NCBI GenBank assembly: GCA_051362555.1
Contig: CM120642.1
Coordinates: 12,028,001 to 12,092,000 of the forward strand
Direction of reading: 5' to 3'
DNA from: Lingula anatina
Taxonomy: Eukaryota > Animalia > Brachiopoda
Length of the DNA stretch: 64,000 nt
Part shown: positions 52,428-64,000 of the stretch, piece by piece
How positions within the stretch are numbered: position 1 is the first letter of the stretch
How the letters are laid out: each line of letters starts with the position of its first letter
Notes under the pieces: generated by a model
Databases searched by the model: none
What the model was told of the DNA's origin: nothing
The model's input: only the letters and a program-made list of their open reading frames with translations
Program-made: the position numbers and the translations under genes

Positions 52428-55400
52428 ATGTCAGAAAATCCCATATACACGCCGTTTTTTGGTGTCATGGGCGTAACAGCAGCCATGGTTTTCAGTGGTA
52501 TGTATTGTTGTCTCGCAGTTTTTGATCATTTTTTATCACTGGGGGTCTCACCGGAAGACTAATCAGCATTGACATTGAGATATTCATTGATAATTTTACA
52601 TTAGGAAATGACATATTTTTATGTTGTTTCAAAGAAACATCTCCTGATTCAACACATGATGTGACAATCTATATATCGTTTGATTCATTTTGATATCTTG
52701 AAACGTTTTATGCGAGATCGGGCTGAGTTAATTTTTGTATAAAATGCCACTTCACAGTCTTGTGACATTGACTGACGTCAGTTAATACTAATAGATCGAC
52801 ATTAAGAAACGATGCGATAAAATTAATTCATTATGGTATTTGAAATGTAGACAACGTTTTGCTGAATGTCATGCTTTACATGGTGATAAGATTTTATTAC
52901 GGGCTGATTGTACAAAGTCCCAAATCATTACTGCTGTCATCGAGCTTTTTTACCAACTATTTGTGCTTAGAATGCTAATGAATTGAAGAAACATAGTTTA
53001 CGTTCAATAAGTATTGAAAGGTTGCTTTTAGTTTTAAAAAAATCAGTTTTGAGTTACAGTCAGACAAATGATCTTCAGACAATTTTTCGATTTGGAGAGT
53101 GCTTCCAGTTGATGCTTTGACCCTTTTTCCATAGTGGTATACTTCAGCAATACAGTCTGTTCCCATACACATTGAGAAATGGACAACAAAAAAGACTGGT
53201 CAGTACTGAAAGTCAGCTCTGCACTCGGCATGGCAAATCGTATAACTTAACGAAACAGCACTAGTTTTGTGGAAAACCTTTGAAAGGAGTAAACACCCAT
53301 GTAGCATAATTACATGTAAGGACTTTACGAAGGGTATAAACATAGATTGTATTGCTTGAATATATCACTCTGTGAGAAAAGACCCTTGCAATCCCAAACT
53401 TAAAGGAACCATCTACTGGATTTTGCTAAAAAGTTTATAGATATACAACATGTGCATTTCAAGCATCACTTTCTGTCATTTGAAAGTCTTCTTGCAAGAA
53501 GGAAAGGAAGGAAGACAAAAGCAAAAATATTTTATGGATTTGTAATTTATAGTTAAAAGGAGAATGAAGTTTTGAACACATTGCTCTTGTTTGATGTTTA
53601 AAATTTATTATAAATGTTATTTTGTGTATGATTGATGCTTTTTACTCCTAGCGCTATGTCTAACCCCAACAGCAAAATTTAAATCCCTTATTATTATATT
53701 TTATGTATTTATAGCAGTTTTATGTTTAAAAAAGTATTGAAATAATTTTTCTGATCAGTGGATTTGTAAATTAGATGTTTTATTTGTAAGTCTGTATTAC
53801 TATCAATCTCTTTTTTAATTGCTTGAAAAACAAATTAACTTTTGGTGACTATCTTTTTACATTAACATTTCCATTGTAAGAAGCATCTTTGGTGGCTCCC
53901 AGCAAAAGTGTTTAATCTTGTCGTGTCAAGGCTGCCTGTAGAGTTAATAAATCAGTATGAATTGCAAAAAGGGTGGTTTGTTCCTCGTCCCTTAGGCCTG
54001 GGGTCATCCACAAGTTTACTATGCTAGGAGCACACTAGGTTATAAATTGTGTTCTTGTAGACCCGTCCACCTCTGCTGACACATTAGGGAAAGAAAATGA
54101 CATGCAATCATTGATGAACTTCAGAAGTTATGGACTTACCAGGAAAATTATATTTTAAGTAAAATGGAATTGTTTTCATTGATTCGCCTTTGCTTCTACT
54201 AATTCTTTGGTGATAATAGTATAGACTTAATCTGTAAGTTTTTAGCATCATATTACAGAAAGACATCTGATTAATAGTGACATTTGAATTCATACCGTGC
54301 TTCAAGCTTGACTGTTTAATTATTCAGAAGAAGAAAAATTAATTTGGAACTAATTAAACCCATTGAAGACTGATCCAGAATTCTAATGGGTGACAAATGT
54401 AGACAGTCCTGTGACCAGTTTTGTAATAGGGAGCCACATGACTGGTCATGTGGTGATGATCTGTGGGGAAGGTGATAACAGCTCCATTGACAGATGATGT
54501 ATTAAGTTTGTGTTACACTGTGGCCAGGTACACTGGTATAAGGATAGTTTAACTAATTTCTAAGAATTTTTCTTTTTATTTATTTATTTTTGCTTAATGG
54601 TGGAATGATTGGTGTCGATTTTTTTTTTTTTTTTTTTTTGACATGACTTTTCATATGTGAAAACATTAAAATATATACAGTTATATTGTATATATTTTAT
54701 TATTTATTCAAAACGTTAAAAATTGGTGGGGTCTCAGTGGAAATTTTGATAACAGTTCTCAATTCCAGTTTTGAAATAGCACACATTTCCAGCCATTGTG
54801 CCAACTCATTGATCATAATTCTTGTCTATTGTCCTGCAGATAGTGAGAATATTGATAATTGATAAAATAACTTATCTTCTGGATATAGTAACATGATAGA
54901 GAGAGTGAGGGTGTCAGATGGAACAGGAAGGGAGGTGTCCATGATTTGAAATCAATTTTTAAAAGTCCAGGTCTATGAAAATTGACTTTATATTGTCTCT
55001 ACATCAGGACCAACATAAACCAGCAATAAACTTACTGATATTGTCTGATGACCTGGTGGTTTAACTTTTTTTAAAAGTCTAAGGCATGATAAGGTCCTTA
55101 TCAGTATGGAAACTTCAATCTCACCACACCCGGAAATTCCAACTGTTTTCACCATGAAAGAAGTAATTCACGTAAATTCATGTGCAAATTTCATTTTGTT
55201 AGTGGGGCAGAATTTGAAATTAGTGTCAGGTTGATGAAGTATGTATTGCAGGATGAAAGCATCATTTCCTGATTTGTGTAGGTGTTTCACAAAAGAACAA
55301 AATAGATTGGTTTAGATTTAAGTGTTCTTGAAAGCCTTATTATAAAAATATCCTGGAATTCCTGCATTTTATTATATTCCCACTGCAGAATGAAAAGCTA

Positions 55401-58122
55401 TCAATAAATTCCATGTCATTTTGTTGGAATATAAGCGCTTTATGTCATGGAGCTATAGTATACTTGAGAACCAGATTATGCAGCGCAGTAATAAGCAGGC
55501 TATTGATTTTCCTAGGTCCTTGCTATGAACTAGATCAATAATTACAAGTAACCACTTTGGTACTGCATATTCTGCTGAATGACAGGACTCTCCATATCTG
55601 AGCACACTGCCCACAAAACGCCAATATAGACACGTAGGAGATTTGGTGCCTGTGTGTTTGCTTTAGCTTGGAATTTCAATAATTATAGTGACTTTCCTTC
55701 CATGTGACTTGTTAACTAAGGGGAGTGTTGCATTGGTAGTATTCTATTGATTCCTTACCAATTGTGTATGAAAGGTTGTATTTTTCTAAGACTTGATGTA
55801 GTATGGAAAAGAACTTAGTAGTATAAAGACTTCTGAAGTGTGTTGTTTTCGTATGTTTTTTAATTTTTTATTAGGCAATGTACATGGTTTTATATCTTTT
55901 ACAATCCACTATCACTGGACTATAATCTATGTAGTACATTAAACCATCTGATGATATTTGATTGCGTGCAGGACTCATGGCACCACCTTATATTTCATCA
56001 TTATTAACTAATGGAATTTCTACTTTGGCTTTTGGAAAAAAAGTGGTTGCCATTGGTCCTACGAATCCTGTATAAATTCATGAAGTTTGATATTTGGCTC
56101 AAACATAGGTTCTGCAATGTCCCAAACATGTTTTATATCAGATAACATTAATTCAAGCTTATGCCCCACACCTAATATGAAAACCTGCATATTTTCAATA
56201 TGTATGTGACTGTATCAGACTAAGGTTAATTGTAACCAGAAGTATCCCAACTGACATTACCACACAGACAGGGTCCCAAATCTGACCTGACTCATGTCAC
56301 AAGCTAGACCTGCTCTGAATGTGCCCATACTGAAGGCCAACATTTTAAGTAAAGCATCAACGCATCATCATTTCACAGACAGATAATGAAAGCACTAGTA
56401 TTATATACAATAGTTCACAAACCTGATAATGACTGAAGCATGTTTTATATTTTCACCTTTGAGAGCAGCCTGATGCTGGTATTGCACCTACTTCAAACAC
56501 TTTATTTCATCTGCAACATGCTTTTTATATAGAAATACTGTAGTGTCAGTACACATTGCCATTACTTAGTATTTCCATATCTTTTGAACAAGTTGTGTAC
56601 ATTTCTGTTTCATATATATATATATATATATATATGCATTTAAGATGTATATACACTGTATTATATTTTCCATTTATTGGAGAAGCCTCTGGTGCTGTCC
56701 TGTTTGGCTTGTGGGTTCCAGTCATGCATGCTCATGTATCAGTTGTTGTCATGTATTAATGTGCTCCAGGTTTTACTTACAACTTGCTTTAAATTTCACC
56801 AGTGATTTTCAGCTTGTTTTTAGTCACTCTATGGTGTTGCAAAGTATTGCATCCACATCAGTAGTAAGTACTGAATATTATTTTCATGTATTTCATTTCG
56901 TCCTATATATTATATTTTTCAGCTTTTGGAGCAGCCTATGGCACTGCTAAATCTGGTACAGGCATTGCAGCCATGTCGGTCATGAGGCCAGAGCTGATCA
57001 TGAAGTCCATCTTGCCAGTGGTCATGGCTGGTATCGTGGCTATCTACGGCCTGGTGGTGGCTTTGCTGATTGCTCAAGACATCAGTCCAAATTATACCTT
57101 AACGGCGTAAGCAAAGCTCTGTTGATAGCCTTAAAGTGCATTCAGTACAGCAGATTTATATATCTGCGGATCAAATATGGTGACCCGCTAAAAAGCCTAC
57201 CACTTAAATTCTGAGTAGACACTGTATAGATTCCCCATGGGGATTACGCAACAAGTATTCGAGTGAGTTGGCCATATTTGAATGCAGATCTGTTGGTCTA
57301 CTGTTCTGAATGCGCTCTTAGGCTCTATTCCCATAGATTTTAGATCGATCTATCCCCGCGGGGAGTCTCACTAGATTACTTTCAGATAATCCGACTTAAA
57401 TGTCCGTCCCGCCTACTACAAGCTGTAAGGGGGTAATTAACTTTCGTGTCCGCCCGGCTGACAGCTATTTAGCGTGAACCCCCAGGGAGTTAGGTCGATC
57501 TAAAGTAGGTCGATCTAATCTATGGAAATGGGGTGTTAGTCCGAATTTTTCTTCAACAGAGTAAATATTTTTGTTGATGGCCTTAGTCTCATACTCAGCA
57601 TGGAGTAATTGTTATGTAAATGTCTTAATTAATGAAACCAGTACAGGTCAGCTTCTAGAGCTAGACAAAATACATATTTATGGAGTCGCCCTAGTATGTT
57701 TCTTAGATAGAGGTAAAAAGGGTGATTTCTTATTGATCAGAATGAAGGCAAAATTTGTTTTTGATGACCTATTTTCAACCAATATTTACTATTTGATAAT
57801 TTGATTTCTAAAAAGGTTACTTGACAGTTGGTAAACTTCGACTGATGTAACTGGATTTATACAAAATTTAAGTGCTATCTACACATTTGTAATTTGTAAT
57901 TTCAGGAGCTTCGCTCACTTGGGAGCAGGTCTTAGTGTAGGACTTAGTGGATTGGCTGCTGGCTTTGCTATCGGCATAGTCGGTGATGCAGGTGTAAGAG
58001 GAACAGCACAGCAACCTAGGCTATATGTTGGTATGATCCTGATCCTTATTTTTGCTGAAGTGCTGGGTCTATACGGACTTATTGTTGCCCTTATCCTGTA
58101 CTCCAGAGGCAATGCTACATAG
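52428..58122 (+). CDS. ATP6V0C: V-type proton ATPase 16 kDa proteolipid subunit c; 3 exons, 156 aa
   Basis: Exons 52428-52497, 56923-57106, 57906-58122, GT-AG, 471 nt. Protein: [15 protein letters not shown]...[27 protein letters not shown]...[37 protein letters not shown], including the proton-carrying Glu. Confidence 0.97.
54434..54453. promoter_or_regulatory. Inverted pair of M-boxes (MiT/TFE-type sites) in ATP6V0C intron 1
   Basis: CCACATGAC-TG-GTCATGTGG is a perfect 9-bp inverted repeat, and each half contains GTCATGTG. Confidence 0.5.
57134..57317. mobile_element. Harbinger-type MITE A in ATP6V0C intron 2
   Basis: Imperfect TIRs AAGTGCATTCAGTACAGCAGA... and ...TCTACTGTTCTGAATGCGCTC, plus inner inverted blocks (TCAAATATGG / CCATATTTGA). 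TTA at 57131-57133 and 57318-57320. Confidence 0.65.
57321..57535. mobile_element. Harbinger-type MITE B in ATP6V0C intron 2
   Basis: Imperfect TIRs GGCTCTATTCCCATAGATTTTAGATCGATCTA... and ...TAGGTCGATCTAATCTATGGAAATGGGGTG. TTA at 57318-57320 and 57536-57538. CpG-rich relative to the host intron. Confidence 0.7.
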
Positions 58123-59233
58123 ATTGCTGGACCTTTTGAATAGAATGTGTGAGTGGAGCAATGACACAATGAATGAATATTACTGTAACTTTGCTGACTT
58201 TGTCTCTTATGAACCAATATATTTAAATGTGAATAAAATAAAAGGGGGGAAAAGACCTGTTGAAACAGATTTTGTTTCTACTACCTTGTATGGTATCGGA
58301 ACTTGCTGACTTTTTTGTTCAGGTTGTGGGAGGGTAAGAAAAAATATTTACCAAGGTGTCAAAGTTGTTTCTACTTCTGAGATTCAATAGTTGCTTCTTT
58401 TGGGATCTCCTCTAAGATACGAGTTTGACATCAAGTGGAGGACCAATGTTATAATATTATATAGATAATGGGGATTTTCAAAGAGAAAAAAAATGAACCA
58501 AAACTCATGACTTTGATAACTGAAATACTGACTAGCTTGATATGAATGAGTGTCACCTATGTCTGGCAAAGCAATGTTGTGTGTAATATATTTCTTGTAA
58601 GTAGCTGTTTTGTAGTTAATTAGGAGATACAGCTTGTGATGATGGGTCATCAACTTCAAACAATTGTGAGAGCTAATCCACTGACTGGATGTACATATAG
58701 ATAAAGGCTAGAATAAAAGAACAAAAACTGTTTAAATGTTGTGCAGTAAAAGTATATTTATGGTAGACGCATTGCACATAGTATTACATGCATCTTATTT
58801 ACTGAGAACACTTCACAAACTGTATGTGAAAGATGAGGGCAGTGTCTGTGCTGCAGGAAACCTTTGGATAAGAGGTTGTGCAATATATCTGACATCGCTG
58901 GCCATCAGTTCACTGTATTGACAAAATCCCTGGCAAGTAGACTCAAGGTGTTTAACAATATGTGAGCTGATGGCCATCATTACTTGATTAGTTTGGGAGC
59001 AGTTCTCTCGGGGAGGGGTCTCGTGGGCTTAGAATAACTCTTCGTTTCTCTTGGAAGCCTCTCCAGGCAAGGTTTGTTTAGAAAAAGCATCAAGGCTAAC
59101 ACATGATACATCTGTCATTATTTATTACCAATACCATTATGTAGCTGACCAATGGGCTGACCATTTGTGTTTAACACAACAGCATAATCTCCACACTGTC
59201 AATGGCTTCTTACAGGAGACAAAAACGGGATCT

Positions 59234-59236
<3 letters not shown>

Positions 59237-59294
<58 letters not shown>
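59237..59294. repeat. (TA)29 microsatellite downstream of the ATP6V0C stop codon
   Basis: Perfect TA run followed by (CA)n. Confidence 0.98.
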
Positions 59295-59302
<8 letters not shown>

Positions 59303-61010
59303 ATGTGGTTATCTTGACAGAGAAAACAAGGGCTTTGCTCTGTACAGGGAGCATCTCTTAGCAGTGAAGAAATAATATGGTTCACTATCAAGCCCACTTT
59401 TTTTAGATTAATCCATTTCAGTTGTGAAGTGTCATGATGTTCAGTTGTCACAATTTTTGCAAGAAACTTTCTGAATGTATAAACAACCTCACTCTGCTAC
59501 AAAGTACAGCCCATTGCAGCAGTTATTGACTACAGCTTTTTAAAGCTGTGCAGCTGTAATTACATTTGCTACCGTAAGATAAGCCTTCTCCAATGCCTAC
59601 CCAACATTCCGAAAGGTTGTCTGTGTTGTTACTGCCAGATGCTAATGTACTAGAAAGACCAGAATAAATTCAGTATGACAATATTATTGTGAGATTGTGT
59701 TGCATTTGATTTATTAAAGCTCCCAGATGGTTGTTACAAAAAAAAAAAAAAAAAAAAAAAGTTCTTGATCTGATGACATCACTCAATTCATGTTACTTAT
59801 TTTGACCTTAGTAAAAATTACTACTAGTAACATTACTGTAGTGTACCATGATGAATATGTATCATAAAAAGAGTACAAGTAAAATTTACAAAAAAAAAAA
59901 AATAAATAAATAAATAAATAAATAAAAAATAATAATAAATAAAGGCTGATCATGTATAATGGATTATTAATAATACCTTGCGAGGATTCCAGAACCCTGC
60001 AGTATTTTGTACTTGGTATGTTATCAATCTTAAGGTTTCAGTTATATTAATATATTTATAAGGATATAGATCTATATTCATACAACAAAGAAGTTGCCTC
60101 TATTTACAGAATTTTTAATGCATTTCTCTTTTGACAAAAAAAAGTACTGGACAAAGATATTTTATTGGTTGAAAAGAAAAACTTTCCAGTCAAGACAATT
60201 TTAATGTAAATTTTAATTATTAAAATCTGTTGCAAACCATTTATCCGTCTGGCAAGTGCATTGCGTTTTCTCAACTCTAATCACACCTAACACAATATGT
60301 AGATAAATATTATTGCTGCAGTAGCGGTGGATAGTTTTCGTGGAAATTTGCCATGATCAAAACAACAGCAGGAGTAGCAAGCAGGAGCACCTGTCCAAGA
60401 TCAAATACTCCAGTGCTATAGATTATGCCTTCTGCGCTCGGTTCAGTATGGGTCAGAAATTGTGCTGTACTGCACCGAACAAGAGAAGAAGTCCTTGTCG
60501 ACACAGGAGTGCCAGCCCTAGGACGCAGAGGACCCGGGGAAGTGAAATTGTGAGCGAGCCTGAGCTGCACCAAGGTCACTGCGAGGAATTAGAAGATGGA
60601 AGCGGCTTCCTGAGAATGGAAACTAGTACTGGAGAACTCGTACGGAAAGAATGCTGCCTAGTAGAACAGTGGAGAGCCTCCGTAGCAGGTATACATACTT
60701 CCGTGCCTGTCGAAAAATTGAATAAGAAGAGGTTGTAACGTGAACCTTATTTAACAATTAAGGCTTTTTTTTTTTTGAGAAAACTTGCCTTGGCTAAATT
60801 CAAGCATTTTCACATCACTCAGGTTTATACTGTATAGCGCTGCATTATTGTAATCCCTGTGTAAATATAGCTCACAATGCATGTGTGAGTGGATGTGTGC
60901 TTCATATACTGTACACTGTATATAATATCAAGGAGTTATAACAGTTTTGTTTGGGGGTGGCCGGCTCATGTCTTAGTTAAACTAACTCTTATCAAAATAA
61001 CACGACCCAG

Positions 61011-61589
61011 TGTAGCTGCACTCAGTCAAATAAAGGAAGTCTCTAACTGGTTGAATTTTATTAAATTCAAACGTTAAACTGAAAGAAAATAAAATAAAAC
61101 AAAATAAATAACAGAACAAAAATTGTAGCGAAAAATACTGAAAACAAATCTAAATACAAAATAACCTAAAAATTGATAACAAATTTACACGAAGTACATA
61201 CGAAAGTGTAAGAAAAAGGATAGACGGAAACGTTGCAAAGACCCAAAGACGGAGAAGTTTACGTTACTTTAGCGTTGAAATAATTTACCTTACCCCCGAC
61301 CAAGTGTGCTAATATCGTTATAAAATGATAGATAGAAACGTTGAAATACCCAAAGCCAGAGAAGTTTACGTTATCGTTGAAATAATTACCTTTTCCTCCG
61401 ACTGGGTGTGCTAAAATGGTGTCGTTAGAGTACACGTATCGTTCTGTGTAAGAAAGTGAAGTGAGCAAAAAGAAATAGAGAGGAGGCCTTATATACGCAG
61501 TGAAATGAAAACTGTTCAGTGCAGGGTGTGGTACAGGCATGTGACGGTGCGGTTAGGTAAGTGCGGTGGCCTGTAACGTTATAATTAGT

Positions 61590-61624
<35 letters not shown>

Positions 61625-61726
61625 AAAAGAAAGAGTAAACAGAGAAAGAACGGAAAATGTACTTCGAATGAATAATGAGAAATAAATAAATAAATAAAAT
61701 AAAATAAAATGTCGCGGGCAGTTACA
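61011..61726 (-). repeat. 3' LTR of the BEL/Pao element (~716 bp)
   Basis: On the minus strand it starts TGTAAC directly after the PPT and ends CTACA. TATA-like TATATAAG at 61488-61495; AATAAA at 61057-61062, about 45 nt before the end. Contains an internal duplication (61243-61310 / 61351-61414) and a (GA)n tract. The distal end is inferred because the 5' LTR lies outside the window. Confidence 0.7.
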
Positions 61727-62056
61727 CTCCCACCAAAATCAAAATGATTTTAAGTAAATAAAGAAATCTAACTGCTACGTTATGAATACGCAATTACCAG
61801 TGAATGCTAGCAATTAGAAAAACAATAAATTAAATGTAAATGAACCATTAAACGGTTACTGCTGGCTTTCCTTAATTGAAGCAATGTACGTTATACAAAT
61901 AAACTTAATGAATCCAGTCTTTCAATGATATATAATCATTTTAAGCAAATATGTAGACTCGTTCCAATAGTGTCCATTATCATCAGAAATATATCACTGT
62001 CACTGCAATAAAGTCATTGTAGTAATGTCACTATAATGTATGTACACATGTAAACA

Positions 62057-64000
62057 CTAATTTTCAACCAATAATACCAGTTTTTGTACATTTCGCTCAA
62101 GAATGGAAGATCGCAAAGTTCCAGAACAACCCGTTCTGACTTTAACTCTTCTCACAAGTCCGTCATCGTCTGCATTGGCTTCCACCACTCGAGCCAGAGG
62201 CCACTGGTTTCGAGGAAGTTCTATATCTTTGATCAAAACAACATCTCCTTTCTGCATATTACGACGAGGTTCATGCCACTTCTGTCGCAGAGATATTTGA
62301 CTGATGTATTCCTTTTTCCACCTAGACCAAAACTGTTCTAGCAAATATTGGACGCGTCTCCAGCGCTTTCGTAGAAAGAGATCTTCCCTGACGAAATTAC
62401 CTGGAGGAGGAAACGGTATGTCAGCCTTGGCGGTCAAAATGTGATTTGGAGTGAGCGGTTCGAGAGTTTTCGGATCATTGATTTCACTCACTGTTAATGG
62501 TCTGCTATTGACGATCGACATGACCTCGTAGAAAACGGTCCTGAGAGATGAATCGTCCATTCTACCTGGGCACAATTGAAGCACGGAATTAAGAATTTCC
62601 CTCACAGTTCTTATTTGCCTCTCCCACACTCCTCCGGTGTGGCTTGCGTGGGGCGCATTAAGAATGAAGTCACATTGTCTTTTGGTTAGAAACGTTGCTA
62701 TCTTGTTGCTGTCCACTCGATGTTGAAATTCGTTAATCGCACCAATGAAGTTGGAACCTTGGTCTGAACGGATCTGTCTAACAGCACCACGAATCGCAAT
62801 GAAACACCGTAAAGCGTTGATGAAAGAATCAGTTGACATGTCATCTAACAACTCGATGTGGATTGCACGTGAACACATACAAGTTATCAAAAGTCCATAC
62901 CTTTTTATTTCTTTGCGTCCCTGTTTAACGAGAAAAGGCCCAAAACAGTCTATACCGCAGTAGGTGAAGGGTGGCGTTGGTTCTACGCAATCCTTGGGTA
63001 AATCTGCCATTTTCTGGGACTCGGTCTACCTTCTCAATTTTCTGCAAGTAACACACTGACTAATGAATTTTGCGACGACTTTGCTGCCACCTACAATCCA
63101 AAAACCAAGGGATCGAAGCTTGTTGAGAGTCATACCTCTGCCCTGGTGTTGGGAGTCCGTATGAGCATAATCAAGAATCAGTCGCGTAACATGATGATTC
63201 TTTGGTAGGATGGATGGACGTTTTAATGGCGTTGGAAAACCTGCTTTCCGTAATCGGCCGCCGTTCAGAAGAAGACCATCTTCAAGAACCAGATCTTGGG
63301 GGTGAAGCTGATGCGTCTTAAGTAACGTGGTAGCTGCATCGAGGGCACTGAATGCGTCTGGAAGTGCATCGCGTTGGGTAAGCATAACAAGAGATTTTTC
63401 TGCCTTTCTTCTTTCTTCAATAGTCAGAGTCTGTGTTCCATTTACACCATTTGCAATTCGTTGGATCCTCCCCATCTCAGACACGGTTTTCCACGAACAA
63501 GAGAATCTCGTAAAGAGGTCAAGGATATTTGGCATTGTAGACGTAACTGCAGTACACAATGAAAAGACTCTCACCTCTGGATCCCCCAACTGTAGTTCTG
63601 TAGTGACACGTTCCAGTTTCACCTGCCTTTGCCAAAGAAAGGAGGGTCCAGTCAACCGTGGTGATTTGGAGATTTCAGCAACGCTGCCATTGTCATAAGC
63701 GAAGTCCTTTTCTATTACTCTGATGACTTCTTTTGAAGAACACTGAGGTAGTTCTTTGACGGCTGTACGATGAGCAATGACAACGTTGACATTGGCACTT
63801 GGAGGAGTAGAGTATCCCACCACCCTCCAACCAAGCAGAGTCCTGACTGCAAAAGGCTGATTTTCTTTTCCAATTAAGACCTTTCTGGGAGCTAGAGCCA
63901 TCGGACAGTTGTACCCGATCAAAAGTCCTACCTCACATGACTGTAGGGGTGGTAACTCGGCACTAAGTTGCTGTAAATGTGGCCACTTACTAACTGTTTC
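62057..64000 (-). pseudogene. Disrupted BEL/Pao pol; the DDE integrase core at 62057-63010 is still open
   Basis: ORF 63026-63922 (frame open to the window end) and ORF 62057-63010 are in the same frame, separated by a TAG at 63026-63028. No RT or RNase H motifs between VIEKDF and LTGPSFLW. Confidence 0.85.

Larger units (their letters stand above)
61011..64000 (-). mobile_element. BEL/Pao LTR retrotransposon, 3' part, internally deleted and non-autonomous; continues past the window end
   Basis: BEL-type pol segments: WPHL..VGLLIGYNC..A.RT.LGW, then GPSFLW, a His/Cys zinc finger (H..H..C..C), and integrase MADLP..PPFTYCGIDCFGP..SDQGSNF..GGVWER..FWSRWKKEY..WPLARV. PPT GGTGGGAG at 61727-61734 precedes the 3' LTR. 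Confidence 0.92.

Noticed and set aside
63327-63698. 123-aa plus-strand ORF and similar ORFs antisense to exons
   Set aside because: Antisense shadows of real coding sequence.

Overview
AT-rich, intron-rich animal genomic DNA, most likely an invertebrate and probably a mollusc (inferred from mosaic CpG depletion and the transporter type). Three spliced genes were rebuilt by hand, each with GT-AG introns and consistent exon phases. (1) An SLC6 Na+/Cl- dependent transporter of the creatine/taurine/GABA group, minus strand, 13 core coding exons, 680 aa, plus a probable upstream exon. (2) PWP2/UTP1, minus strand, 19 exons, 917 aa. (3) V-ATPase proteolipid subunit c (ATP6V0C), plus strand, 3 exons, 156 aa, head-to-head with PWP2 across 313 bp. 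The right end holds a defective BEL/Pao LTR retrotransposon: RT/RNase H deleted, a nonsense codon before the integrase core, intact 3' LTR. Several Harbinger-type MITEs and microsatellites are present. The most unusual structure is a 343-bp-arm inverted repeat at 37365-38275. It duplicates what looks like a promoter plus first exon, and the only difference across the outer ~259 bp is ATG versus GTG at the putative start codon. The GTG copy points at the SLC6 gene. All alignments and counts were done by eye.
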